The notes below the pieces were generated by a model. The model searched no databases. It was not told the origin of the DNA and saw nothing but the letters and a program-made list of their open reading frames with translations. Of a DNA stretch of 64,000 nucleotides, positions 23,487 through 34,646 are shown one piece after another. The stretch covers positions 84,688 through 148,687 of the forward strand of contig JBLWGC010000143.1 in assembly GCA_048772705.1 (NCBI GenBank), in the 5' to 3' direction. Each line of letters begins with the position of its first letter. Position 1 is the stretch's first letter. The position numbers and the translations under genes are program-made. Source of the DNA: Leidyana gryllorum EB-2025a. Taxonomy: Eukaryota; Protista; Apicomplexa.

Positions 23487-24477
23487 GATGACATTCAAGT
23501 CTTCCTCGCCTTTGAGCCCAAGCGAAGTTCAACCTCGTTCAAGATGCGATACGGTCAAAGCCACCACCCGTGTCAAGCGGCAGGCCGTTACAGAAACCAA
23601 GGACACTGGGGATAAAGGAGTTCGTGCTGGCAGAAGTGCTAAAGCTGGGGCAGAGGCTGCATTGAAACATGAGGTTGTCAAAGTGAATGGTAGAGGTTCA
23701 ACGAGTAAAACTGCCCCCCCGGTGGCAGTCTCAAAGGACGTGAGACGTGAGGCTCAGGCGACTAAGGGAGGAGGAAAGCAACACGAATCACTTCCTGTAA
23801 AGAAGCCAGAGAGCAGTAATCAGGGTGCGGAGAAGGCGACGAAGGAACGAAGAACTTCGAAGAAGTCCGAGAAGAAGAAGAAAGCCTCGAAGACTCGTAA
23901 GCGTACACGCAAGAAGCTGAGTGAGGCGACACGGGACCAACTGCGAGAACGATTGGCAGCCCCATTGCCAATAAGTGAACCTTTGAGTGCGTTACTGGGC
24001 GGCATGGCGGAATGCTCACGTTCCGCTGCGACTAAAGGCGTCTGGGACTACATAAAAGCACATCAGCTGCAGAGTCCTGATGATGGGCGAATGGTCCGGT
24101 GCGATACTAAGCTCAAGCAAGTGTTTGGTGACGAGGCGTACGTACATATGTTAGAAATCCCCAAACTTCTCAACCGGTGCTTTGTGGCCAAGAAGGAACC
24201 GTTGAACGAAGTTAAGGTGAAGACTGGCGATCAGGGTTTGGTTGAGATCCAGAATCCGGACAGTCCGAACTTTGTTCCGTCAACGGCTGACTTTGAATCC
24301 GCAGTACAAGCCCAGAGAGCGAGTTGTCAGCGGCAACGTGTCGCTGACTATCCAACGGCGAAAGTTCACGACACAGTCCCAAGGATTCGCAGCCTCTCAG
24401 GCGGACTTCTCGCTTCTCCGAACCATTGTCGTAGTACTCGGGAGGCTCCCAAAGTGATCGAGCTCGACAGCGATTGA
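23428..24477 (+). CDS. SWIB/MDM2-domain protein with basic N-terminus (start 23428 or 23488)
   Basis: PISEPLSALLG...SRSAATKGVWDYIKAHQLQSPDDGRMVRCDTKLKQVFG...MLEIPKLLNR is a SWIB domain. Confidence 0.85.
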   Translation: MGKRVTKIKEEKPPVRVQIRMTFKSSSPLSPSEVQPRSRCDTVKATTRVKRQAVTETKDTGDKGVRAGRSAKAGAEAALKHEVVKVNGRGSTSKTAPPVAVSKDVRREAQATKGGGKQHESLPVKKPESSNQGAEKATKERRTSKKSEKKKKASKTRKRTRKKLSEATRDQLRERLAAPLPISEPLSALLGGMAECSRSAATKGVWDYIKAHQLQSPDDGRMVRCDTKLKQVFGDEAYVHMLEIPKLLNRCFVAKKEPLNEVKVKTGDQGLVEIQNPDSPNFVPSTADFESAVQAQRASCQRQRVADYPTAKVHDTVPRIRSLSGGLLASPNHCRSTREAPKVIELDSD

Positions 24478-24488
24478 AGTGTCTTGTG

Positions 24489-26078
24489 ATGTCAAGATTA
24501 CTACTCGTATTCGCGATTACGCTTGCTCTCGGAAGCAGCGGGGATGTACGAGCGCCTGGGCGTTTACTGCAGTATCTGAGTCCCACGCCGATTCCTGAAG
24601 TTCCTCGTGATGAGGTCCCACGGCCGCCTGAACATCTGCATCCGACTAAATCCACTACTTTACCTCCGCGAGCGATGGATCCCATATTTCAGAATCACGA
24701 TCTATTTAATTTCCGGCTGAATAGCACTATATTGCAGGGTTTGAACTTGACTGAGAAGGCGGGCAAGTTGGGTCAATTGTTCGAGGGTGCGGCCAGTGAG
24801 TGGGATCGCGCAGGACGGTACCGTTGGCCCATTCGACAAGTGATGAAGGCGTTGGCCAGAGAAGAGACTCTTCCCACCCTGTTTCCTGGACAGTCGATGC
24901 CTCTTCCGTCTATAAGAGATGACATCCTTTGTAACCCGGATGTGACGCCAGGAGGGTGCGCGTCGGCTGGTGATCTGGGACGCGCCATTGGTGAACCGAT
25001 CGCCCAATTGGTATCGCAGACCAACATGTTCCGATATCAACAGTATGCAGGAGACATTCTCCTAAGTTTGCACGTGAGTGACGAACAATCAGACGAAAGA
25101 TGACTGCTTGCGATCGCAGGATCGAGCCACTCGGGGGCTAACTGAGACGATGATCGATACGCTTGAGATGGAGCCCACAGTGCACACTGTTGAAGAAGTG
25201 CTCAAGGGTTTGAAGAAACCAGTCACGGTTCTACGGAAAGACAATCAGTATTGGGCCACATTCAAGAATGTCTCTGAAGGCCTCTTCTACGGCCCGGCTG
25301 ACCGTATAGATCGCCCTGCAGAGGAAAGACAGAAAATGAAGGCGGTCAAGAAGAACATCCGACAGAAAGCCTTATGTGATGTCACTGGCGATCTGCTCGG
25401 TGGGTGCGACACCTTTAACAAGACAAACACTGACGATGACGCCGATGCGAGCAGAGTATTCAATCCCATTCCAGTGGGAGGAAAGCGGAACCCATTGGGT
25501 TTCTGGAGTAAGTAGCAGCCGGTTGGCGACTTGAATTCATTCATCTTTCCTCAACAGATCACGTCTATGTTTACGGCTTCGAATTGTCCTGTCGGGCGCA
25601 TGGATCGTGCACTGCAGGAACATCCAACCTGCAGCCCGAATTGTTTGACGGAACGTATCAGTTTGATGGTGTGAACCCGGTCAACGGGTCTCCCGTGTAT
25701 GTGAAGATCGATCCAGCGCCGATATTTACCAATTTTGGAACTGTCCGGAAGCTTTTCTTGTGGCAAGAACGCACTCCCATCGCCACAAACGATCAGGGGC
25801 CACAAGAAGGTCTGTGGGCGGCGATCACCCCACAGGTCCCTGGGTTTGATCACACTTTCTATGGCAGTAGAGCTCCTTATGCTTTCTACAGTGGTGTCGA
25901 CACGCCGTCCAAGTGTCTAAAACCTGAGGATTTCCCGACTTGCGTAAGCAATGATCAGGGCGCGTGGCGATTCGCACGGATGACGGCCTCTACCTGCACT
26001 GGAGTGACTTATACCAATTTATGTGTGTTCCCATCAAAAGTTATGATATTCCCGACCAAACATCGCGAAGTCATTTAG
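24489..26078 (+). CDS. Putative secreted protein (3 exons; Cys-containing C-terminal domain)
   Basis: Signal MSRLLLVFAITLALG; introns ~25074-25119 and ~25508-25557 keep frame. Confidence 0.65.
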
Positions 26079-26134
26079 AAACACTGGTGTGTATATCTAT
26101 ATATGTATATAGAGGGAAATGATTCAGCTATGCA

Positions 26135-27010
26135 TCACGTGAACCTTAAATTCGTGCTGAATAGCGGTTGTAACATCTCTGCTAAACCGCTACCGGCGGT
26201 ACCGGCAATATTCAGGGCTGTACGGAATACAGCCAAGTTACTGACTTTGGCCCGTAATTCTTGATCGTTGCTTTCAATTAAATGGTCCCACATGACTTTC
26301 TTTTGGTGCTTCCGCAATTCATCTACAGCGGTCGTTCTGTCCACAATAGTTTGGGGGAAGTGATGGACTGCGACCCCGTGAGGATTCGCCAGCCCTCCCT
26401 GTTGATGGACTATGACAGTATTCGGCGGCCGAGGTGACGCCGAACCTATCACCTGTACCGCCGAACCAGGTACTGCCGCTGCAGGGTGAGCGGGAGCTCC
26501 AGCGATTGTATGTACTGCCGCTGCAGGGTGAGCGGGAGCTCCAGCGATTGTATGTACTGCCGCTGCAGGGGCAATAGGAGGGGCTGCGAGCGAAGCCGGG
26601 TACATTTGCTGTAGCGCGACGAGAGCCTGATGACCGCCCATCTGCCCCCCACGTGATTGGAAGCATTTATTCAATAAACAGTCGAACTCGTGTTGCTGTA
26701 GATTCATATCTTTGAGATCGTTGGCGAACTTCTTGATACGCTCAGCCGTCTTTACCTCCTGATAGAGATTCATATGTGCAGCAGCGGCTTTCAACTGGTC
26801 CTGCTGTACTGGAGGGTTGGCGGGGGCGGGGGCAGGGACCGGGACAGGAACCTGTGATTGTCGAGGGGAAGCGACGGAGCTGGAATAAGAGTTCAGGAAG
26901 GATGAGGTGGTCGAGCTTGAGTTCAGGGAGGATGCAATCAGCACCATATGGGCCAGATCTGTCTTGGGGGACCGATCTGGCTGTCCTCCTCCCAAGTGGA
27001 TTGGGATCAT
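26135..27010 (-). CDS. Ala/Pro/Ser-rich orphan protein (paralogue A; start 27010, alternative 27040)
   Basis: Single open frame with an internal 14-aa tandem repeat; architecture shared with 27818-28795. Confidence 0.6.
   Translation of the reverse strand: MIPIHLGGGQPDRSPKTDLAHMVLIASSLNSSSTTSSFLNSYSSSVASPRQSQVPVPVPAPAPANPPVQQDQLKAAAAHMNLYQEVKTAERIKKFANDLKDMNLQQHEFDCLLNKCFQSRGGQMGGHQALVALQQMYPASLAAPPIAPAAAVHTIAGAPAHPAAAVHTIAGAPAHPAAAVPGSAVQVIGSASPRPPNTVIVHQQGGLANPHGVAVHHFPQTIVDRTTAVDELRKHQKKVMWDHLIESNDQELRAKVSNLAVFRTALNIAGTAGSGLAEMLQPLFSTNLRFT
26470..26570. repeat. 42-bp coding tandem repeat, 2.4 perfect copies
   Basis: Unit gtactgccgctgcagggtgagcgggagctccagcgattgtat starts at 26470 and 26512, with a partial copy at 26554; encodes PAAAVHTIAGAPAH on the - strand. 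Confidence 0.95.
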
Positions 27011-27041
27011 ATTGTTTTTTTTTTGCAACTTGGCGCGCATA

Positions 27042-27777
27042 ATGGCGGCCAGAGAAGAAGATGAGTATGTTGTTCTCCACGGGTACAAAATAAGACGTCG
27101 TCGAGAACGCAGCCACACAGACGAGCTCGCTGACGGGCTCCAACCGGACGTTCAAGCCGCCTCCAAAGAGTGTGGTGGTGATACTACTGCCGTTGAGGGG
27201 GATGTCACGGAATGCCTTCAGTTGACGCAGTGGGAGTATCACGATCATACGGCCGACATCCGGCTGCTGAGCATTGGTTCTTCCTTCCCAACGGCCCTTA
27301 TCAGTTTGGGGCTGGGGATGTTCAATTATATGACCGACATCACTTTGGTGGAGCCAAAGGAACGTCGGGAGATCACTGCGACCGCCGATAGTATTGATAT
27401 GTTGGTGTGGCACTTCCTCGATGAGTTGTTATATTTGTATGGGAGCGAGTACTTTATCGCGACTAAATTGGGTATCAAACGTCTTTATCGCCGGCCGACC
27501 GCGAATGATCAATTGGCTATCGATCTTGACGTCCCGGTGGAGAACAATTCGCAAGCCGACGGCGACAACGCCTATAGGCTCGTTGTCACTGCGCTGGGGG
27601 AAAAGTTCGATCGTGAACGCCACTCACAGGGTGAGGTGCTTCTTTGTGGTCGCCGTTGCCGCCAATGAGCAATTTTCATTCTTAGGAACGGAAATTAAAG
27701 CTATCACTATGCACGACATGTTGATCACAAAGCGTGATGATGGGTCTATATCTTTAGAAGTACTGTTGGACATCTAA
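27042..27777 (+). CDS. ZBTB8OS: Archease (RtcB tRNA-ligase cofactor), 2 exons
   Basis: WEYHDHTADI, MFNYMTD, FLDELLY, GEKFDRERHSQG|TEIKAITMH, C-terminal VLLDI*. Confidence 0.93.
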
Positions 27778-27817
27778 TATTGTGGTGAGAAGAAAAAAAT
27801 CATTGAAGTGATAATTC

Positions 27818-28795
27818 TCAAGCAGTCGGTGCAGTCAACTTGTCGGCACTGTCCAGAGATTCCTTGAGGTCGTTCAAGAACAGCCGGTCACCTGGTAAAC
27901 GCGATCCGGCAAACCATGTCTCGTAGATACGTCGAGCTGTCTGAGCCTTCATATCGTAAAGCTTGCTAAGGTGCTGCTGATTTTGTGCCTCGAAGAAGGC
28001 TCGCAACGTATCCATATCGGCTGTGCTTGGCTGTTCCATTGTCTGAGGCACCAGAATAAGGGGACTGGCTCCCACCAATGTGGTAGCCGTACCGACCGGG
28101 ACAGCTGCCGTGGTGGCAGCGACAGCCGCCGCAGCCGGTGCTGCAGCAGGTTGCACAAGCATTTGTCCAACCAGTTCTGCGGCTGCGGTAGGCGAAGGTG
28201 TGGGAGGTACCGTGACGACCCGAGCGTTTGCGGGAACAGCGGGGTTGAGCATCGCGGTAGGCGCAACCTGGGCAGCTCCAGGTGCAGGAGCTGCAGCAGG
28301 CGGAGCCGCCAGAGCGAGGTGGGCAGCTGGTGCGAATCCCCAGGCGGCCATGGGCGCCGTGGCACCAAACATGGCTGGTGAACGCGTCATCGAAAAGTTG
28401 TTCTTCGGGCGTCCCAACAGATTCTTCAACATTGTTCTCTTTCGGCACTGCTCTTCCAAGTCTTTAGCAAACTGGGCAAACTCTTGTGCTCTTTGCTTAT
28501 GTCCGAAAAGTGATGTCGCTACGGCTGTTTGACAGAGTTGTGAGCGAGTGACCGTTGTCGGGGGAGGTAAGGTGTACAGTGCGGGGCCGTTCATGGCCTT
28601 CTCTGAATAGTGGACAGACATACTGGATCCCGACCCAGAAGACGACGACGAGCCACTGGCACTTCCTGAGCTTCCCGCTGATCCAGAACTGGCGGAAGTG
28701 GAAGATAGCGAGTTACCAGCGACGAGAACATGAAGCAACTCTGCTCCTTGGAAAGACTTATCTTCCTTGACGCTGACACGGGGAATGACAGTCAT
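27818..28795 (-). CDS. Ala/Pro/Ser-rich orphan protein (paralogue B)
   Basis: 325-aa single-exon ORF; poly-Ser/Gly block, helical segment, A/P-rich linker. Confidence 0.65.
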   Translation of the reverse strand: MTVIPRVSVKEDKSFQGAELLHVLVAGNSLSSTSASSGSAGSSGSASGSSSSSGSGSSMSVHYSEKAMNGPALYTLPPPTTVTRSQLCQTAVATSLFGHKQRAQEFAQFAKDLEEQCRKRTMLKNLLGRPKNNFSMTRSPAMFGATAPMAAWGFAPAAHLALAAPPAAAPAPGAAQVAPTAMLNPAVPANARVVTVPPTPSPTAAAELVGQMLVQPAAAPAAAAVAATTAAVPVGTATTLVGASPLILVPQTMEQPSTADMDTLRAFFEAQNQQHLSKLYDMKAQTARRIYETWFAGSRLPGDRLFLNDLKESLDSADKLTAPTA

Positions 28796-28889
28796 GCCGA
28801 CAAAATAGATCGATCCTTTTTAAAAAAAAAGTATGCTACTAGATATCGATCTCGGACGACATAGTATTTTTTTGTTCTGATACTTCGCA

Positions 28890-29841
28890 ATGGATCGGCT
28901 GCCTGTGGTTATTTTGGCTCGGGTGTGCTCATATCTGAGACTCCCTGATTTGAAAAGTTTGTCTCTCTTGAACACTAGATTTCATCGCCTTTTTGAGGTA
29001 CAGCAAGATATATGGAACTGCTTATTACGCGAAAGATACCACTACGTTGTGAATGAGGAGAGCCATACGCCATTTCTTGCCCGAACCACTTTCCGTAAAT
29101 TTGATGAAGGTCTCCGGTTCCGAGCTAATTTCGTAAGCGCCCATCTCTCTTTCCAACGAGACCGAGCGCTACTCTCAGGACGGAGCGCACACCGACAATG
29201 TCACTTACTGGGAACGCGATAGTCCGTGCCCAGAAAGTCGCTATGGGAAAGTGATGATGCTCAAATACGTGTGGTGGCTTGAGGGAGCCATCCGGATTCG
29301 CAACATCCCCCCAGGACGTTATGCTGTTATATGGAGAGTGCAGATGCCCGATTCCTGGAGCTGCGACCCCGCTATCACGATGTTCCATACCGTCTTCCCC
29401 CTACGCTCTGCAACCGCGCTGGGGTTAACGGACACACGAGAGGTCGTCGACAAACGAGGAGGAGATGGATGGATACAGAAGGTCGTAGGGCGCCCAACAG
29501 AGGATGAGCTGGTTGAGACCCCTCGATACTGTCATCGCTTTTACAAAGGAGACTGCAGTGTTTGGCATATCCCCAACTGGAGTTATCTCGTCTTCCCTGC
29601 CTCTTTGCACATATCCGAGATGTCTGATATCTATTTGGGAACCTATGATGTCAGCGGCAACAGCCATCAATCCACCGCGTACGACTGGGTGCAGTTGTTA
29701 CCCCTGAAGCGCGACGACCCAAATCCCATTCATTCAGAGGCATTCCGACGCTTCATCAAGGAGGAGGAGGCTTTTTGTGCTGCCCACCCACCACCGGAAG
29801 GGGCAACAAGAGAAGGTGGTCACAGGGGGAGACGATTCTGA
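28890..29841 (+). CDS. F-box protein with PP2 (phloem protein 2)-like C-terminal domain, 2 exons
   Basis: F-box MDRLPVVILARVCSYL...LSLLNTRF; spliced DNVTYWER...SRYGKVMMLKYVWWLEG...PPGRYAVIWRV resembles the PP2 domain signature. Confidence 0.7.
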
Positions 29842-29958
29842 CAAAACAACATCAGCTTCTTCCCTGCAGTCGACTCGATAGCTTTAACCAAACGCGACAT
29901 GACATTGTGTTGATGAAACTACTTATTCGTGACTGCCTTTTTTCAGCCCCTAATCTCT

Positions 29959-31587
29959 ATGATTCGGATAGCGGCCTGTTCATTACTCCTGATAGCGACA
30001 ACCGCTGCCTCTCTTGTGGGCGACCTTGCGGGGCCCCTCAAGTATGACAGCCGAGCCGATCTTCCCGATGCCCAGGACGTGCCTGGAACCGTAGAAGCGA
30101 TCGTGGCTGAGACCCACCTGGACTCAACCACCACCACCACCCATCAGCACCAGACGCACTCTGCACACCATTCGGCAGCGAAGAACCACCACCGCCTCGG
30201 CGGAAAAGTGTCGCCCGAAGTGGAAGCGGAGTTGGAAGTATACGTCGCAGAGCATCACCAGTAAGCTGCTACTCCCTGCATCCTATCGCCCATACATCCT
30301 ACCGTCTCCGCTCAGTTTACCCTTTGAGTACTACCCGAACAAATTCATTTACAGCGAGGAAAACGTGACTCAAGAAACCTTCATGACACATCCAGTGGTA
30401 CATGCCAATGCCAAGGGCGGAAAGCGCGACACGTGGCAAGAATTCAAGTACAGGTACCAGGGTAAGATCAACATGACCCTCATAGAGGAACTGCTGGATG
30501 GAGAGCGTTTCAAGAGGAGGTCAGAGGCGTTCACCGATCGCACGAGAGGCCTATTGGCTAATGAAATACATAGAGCCCATATGTTCGGGTTCTGTGATGG
30601 AGTCTCGATCAACTCCATGTGCAACAAGGAGATGGGATACTGTCTGGAGATGTATCTACCGGTGGCCTACTTTGCTCACCTCCATGGATGTTTGGGAACC
30701 TCCGGCGGGTACGCAGGAACCGAAGCCTTCTATTTCTTCAATTCTGACCACGTCGTAATGGATCCGCATCTTGCCCCTCTAGACTTTCACTGGGACGACC
30801 TCGAAGGCGCACACCCGATGTGGCGAGAGTACCTGCGGGACCGTCAAAACGGTCTCAACCCGCGCGGCCCCGGCCGAGCCTCACGCTTCCCTTCGTACGG
30901 CTTCTCATGGCCCCCGGTCAAAGATTTCTACCATAATGATTTCCTGAGCCGTTTAGGCAAGAAAATAGCGATTGTCGGCGGCAAACATACGACGGAATGG
31001 TCAGGGCCTCCGCTCAACACCTTCGCGGAACCTGTGTATTTGGGGCCCATCATTGACACTCTGCTCAAACATAACTATATAGTCGTCTATAAGCGTCCTG
31101 CAGAGAAGATGGGAGTCGACTCCGCTTTCCAAGAGGTGCAAGACCCGGGTGACTTCGACTTTATCCGCAGCACCTATGAGGACGAGGATGTAATTTTATG
31201 GCAAGACTTGGAGGACGATGTGCTGCCTCTGGGGACCGTGGGGCCCGAGATCACCTTGCAGAACGTTTTGATGCTCACTATCTATGCCAATTCTGAGCTT
31301 TTCGTCGTCACTCAGGTGAGGCACAATCACTCTCTCTTCCAATCTAGCCTTTTGTACAGGGTGGCAACGGCGTAATTGCGAGTCTGTTCGACGGGGAGGT
31401 GTTCATTTACCATGCAGCGGGCGGCGAGTGTCTGGAGCACAATTTGCCACCGTTCACTGACCAATATGTGTACTCTAGATGGAGCCAACACGCAGGAGCG
31501 CGATTCACTGTTGTCAACTACCACGCCGATCTTGTCCGCAACCTCGACGCCCACCTTCTCCAAAAAGAGGCCGCAGTGACGCTTTAG
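29959..31587 (+). CDS. Secreted/Golgi-luminal glycosyltransferase-like protein (3 exons)
   Basis: Signal peptide, Thr/His stem, then EMGY..YLPVAYFAH...FYFF...WPPVKDFY...TEWSGPP.N...VYKRP...YANSELFVVTQGG motifs typical of a GT-B-like family (recalled resemblance, not searched). Confidence 0.5.
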
Positions 31588-31603
31588 CTTTCCTCCCCAC
31601 ATC

Positions 31604-32887
31604 TCACACAGCATCCAATTGCTTTAGGTCTGAAAGTTTAGTAAAAAGGGGAAAAGGGTAGACAATTATCTCAGACGGAGTAACTTACTCGGAAGAATTT
31701 CGGTAATTGCTTGTCTGTAACCTGGACCAAGCGTCAGCTGCAAAGGGTTGCGCTCCAGATACAACTGATCATCGACCATATCGTGTCACCAACTAGTCAT
31801 TTACTCACGGTGTCGAGCTTCGGAAGCTTCGCCAATTTCCGGACTTCATTCAAGTCCGAAATCTTATTGTCATTGAGCCATAACTCGTTCAGCTCCAACA
31901 ATTCATCTAAATTGTCCAAGGTCGAGACGGCATTCTTGCTCAGATCAAGTAATTCCAAATGTCGCTGTGGTCACAAATGCGTGTGTGTGTGTTCACCCCA
32001 AGCTCAGCACTTACCAACTTGGTAATCGCCTTTGGGGGAGCTCCTAGGCGGTTTTCGCCTACATACAGCCCTACCAGTCTCGGACAATTGTCAAACAGGG
32101 TTTCGTCCCACTGAGTGAGACGATTGCATTGCAGACTGAGCTGCGTGAGTTCAGGCATCACGGGTACATTCATTTCTGAGATCTTGTTCCTCCCGAGCCA
32201 CAAGTCCTGTAATTTCTGGCAACAATCCAAACCCTCAATAACTCGGATACGATTGCATCCCAACTCCAGCGTTCGTAGCTCGGTCAGCGTCTCCAAACCT
32301 TCAATCTGAGCCAGTCATGTTCGCACGTGGAATAGTGCCGTGCTCACTCACCTTGGATATCTTGTTACTTGATAGGAATAGCTTCTCTAATTTAACCAGT
32401 GGCTCCAGCTCCTCGATCTTGCGTATTTGATTGAAAGATAGATCTAGTGCTCTGCACTCAGGTAGCCCCATAACCAGAGTTTCCGATTAACAAACAGACA
32501 AGGCTCATTATTGTCGTGCCATGCACGACAGACATTCACACACTCAACCGAGGCAATGCATTCGACTCACTCAAGATTGACGAGGTGGCGAATGTTTTCG
32601 ATCTTTGATACTTGATTTTGATATAACTCGAGTGCTATCAAATTCGGACAGTTGTCCAGACCTTCGATTTTCGATATGAAATTAGAGCACAATGATAGCC
32701 TTTCCAGCTTTGTACATCGTTCCAGACCGCTTATCCGACCTAATCGGGCAATGTGTAACACAACTTCACACACATCATCCGGTTGCGGGAAGTCGGCCCC
32801 AAGATCAGTTCTGTTGGGTCCAGACTGATACTCTGAATCCCCTTCAGCACTGAAGTCACTGCCCTGAGTTACTGGTGCCTCCGCCAT
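31604..32887 (-). CDS. PPP1R7: SDS22 / PP1 regulatory subunit 7 (LRR, multi-exon)
   Basis: SDS22-type LRRs (LELYQNQVSKIEN, LDLSFNQIRKIE, LELGCNRIRVIEGL, LWLGRNKI) and an LRR cap ending LYLERNPLQ...YRQ...LKQLDAV*. Confidence 0.85.
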
Positions 32888-32905
32888 GGCAAGAAAAAAA
32901 AAACT

Positions 32906-34519
32906 TCACACTCTCCGACTGTAGAATCCTGCCTTAGTGACATACCGGACCCACTTGGTCGTCTTGTACTGAACTTTCTCTTGGACTTTCATGAACCGCA
33001 CTCTCAGTCCGGACGCAGTGAACATGGGAATGTCAAAGTCCAGGCTTATTGGTGCTTTGCCGCGGCCCAACCATGCTTTGCTGCTGGATCCATCGGTTAA
33101 GGGAGCCCCAGACAGGTCGATTTCCGCCACCATTGACCGCTCGGCATCCCCCTGGAAGCGCTTCATGCTGGGGGCCTTGTTATTTCGTGTATGATAGTGT
33201 TCTTACCGCCAAGCAATCCGGTGCTCGCCTGGTTCAAAGACTGCCTTGCCGTAGTCTGAAAGACAGTTCGCGATTTGAAGCACGGGACGGGGGGCTTACT
33301 GCACGATACTACGCGGACTCGTGCAGCTTCCGGGGGGGTTGGGAAAGTCAGTTGCACTTGGACAGCATGTAGGTGAGCGGGAAAGGTGGATTTGAGCTTA
33401 AGTGAGACTTCCACCCGGGTGCCGCTCTGTTGGATCACTGGTGTAATCTTGAAGGGGACGGAAACGTTACGTGATGTACGGTACATCAGAAGTTGGAACA
33501 TCCCGTCCGGGGGCGTGAATACGATAGGTTTGCCCAAACTGGCTTCAGAGATGTTGTTGCCCCTCACACACTGGTGGAAGCGCACGGAGTCGAGCGCGAC
33601 ACCCGAAGACTTGGTAGCTACTTGCGCCCCTGCGGCCGCCAGTCTATCATTGATGGCAAACTTGCACTCGGGCATGCCGGAAAGTAAGCACTTCATGATG
33701 ATCTGTCCTGCCACCTCGCAGCGCAATATCTCACCTGCGGATGTGACATTAAGCATCAGCCCCATCATTGAGCGTGAAAGGACGTACCCGAAACCGAGAA
33801 CAACGCATTGACATTTTCCAGAACATCGATGTATACCTCGTTCCGCTTGTATTTGATACTTCCCGACCGCCACGGGCACGCGCCGGTGACTTGGTTGGTG
33901 AAAGATCGGAGTTGACTTTGCGACTGGCAGAGATCGTTGGGTGGCTGCGCCTGGTAGGCTCGCTCACCATCTCTCCATTTTCACCCACGGAGGGCAGAAT
34001 AACCGCTCTTAAGGTATCTCTGTCCAGGAATTGAGGGATCCCATAGTCCACAGCTTCTGCAATGAAGGGATGCGAGTGGCTCGACTGTTGGGGGCCCACC
34101 ATCGAGAATGCATAATATGCCCGGCACGTGTCGGACAATCGCTTCCGGTGTGCAACTGCCGAGAAAATGGCTGCCTAAGCCCAGTGAGACGGAGGAGAGC
34201 GGCGGTACTCACCTGAGGGCCCCGTGTAAGCGCGTTAGGGCGACGAGGGCCTGCACGACGTTCCCGTTTCCGACTACGACTGCTACGAATGTAATCTCTT
34301 CGGGATCCCTGTACTTGAGGGTCGCGGGAGGAGCATTGTTGTTGGGTGCGCTCACTGCGTGTAAGTGACAAAATGAGTGTGGTCATCGTAGGACCAGGTT
34401 GGATTCCGTTCATTCAATCCTAAATAAGCATCCAACGCAGCTTGCTTAATATCCTGTTTGTAGTAGCGACTGCATAGGACCTCCGCAGAAGGACTGACTA
34501 GAAAGATAGCCCCTATCAT
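32906..34519 (-). CDS. AP2M1: Adaptor complex medium subunit, AP-2 mu-like (multi-exon)
   Basis: MIGAIFL..SRYY, DYGIPQ, PWRSGSIKYKRNEVYIDVLE, LSGMPECKFAIND, FHQCVR, FTPPDGMFQLLMYR, PMFTASGLRVRFMKV...KWVRYVTKAG. Confidence 0.85.
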
Positions 34520-34646
34520 CCACAACAAAAAGGCGTCAAATAAAGAGTAGCGGGAGGGTGTGAACCTCGAATTTGTTGCCACATCATGATGGCCTATGCA
34601 TCCTACCATCTGCGCTTCAGGAGAGACCAACGGGTGGGTATGATGC

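Noticed and set aside
26470-26570. Direct repeats as a CRISPR-like array
   Set aside because: Contiguous, no spacers, in-frame coding; eukaryotic context with no cas genes.
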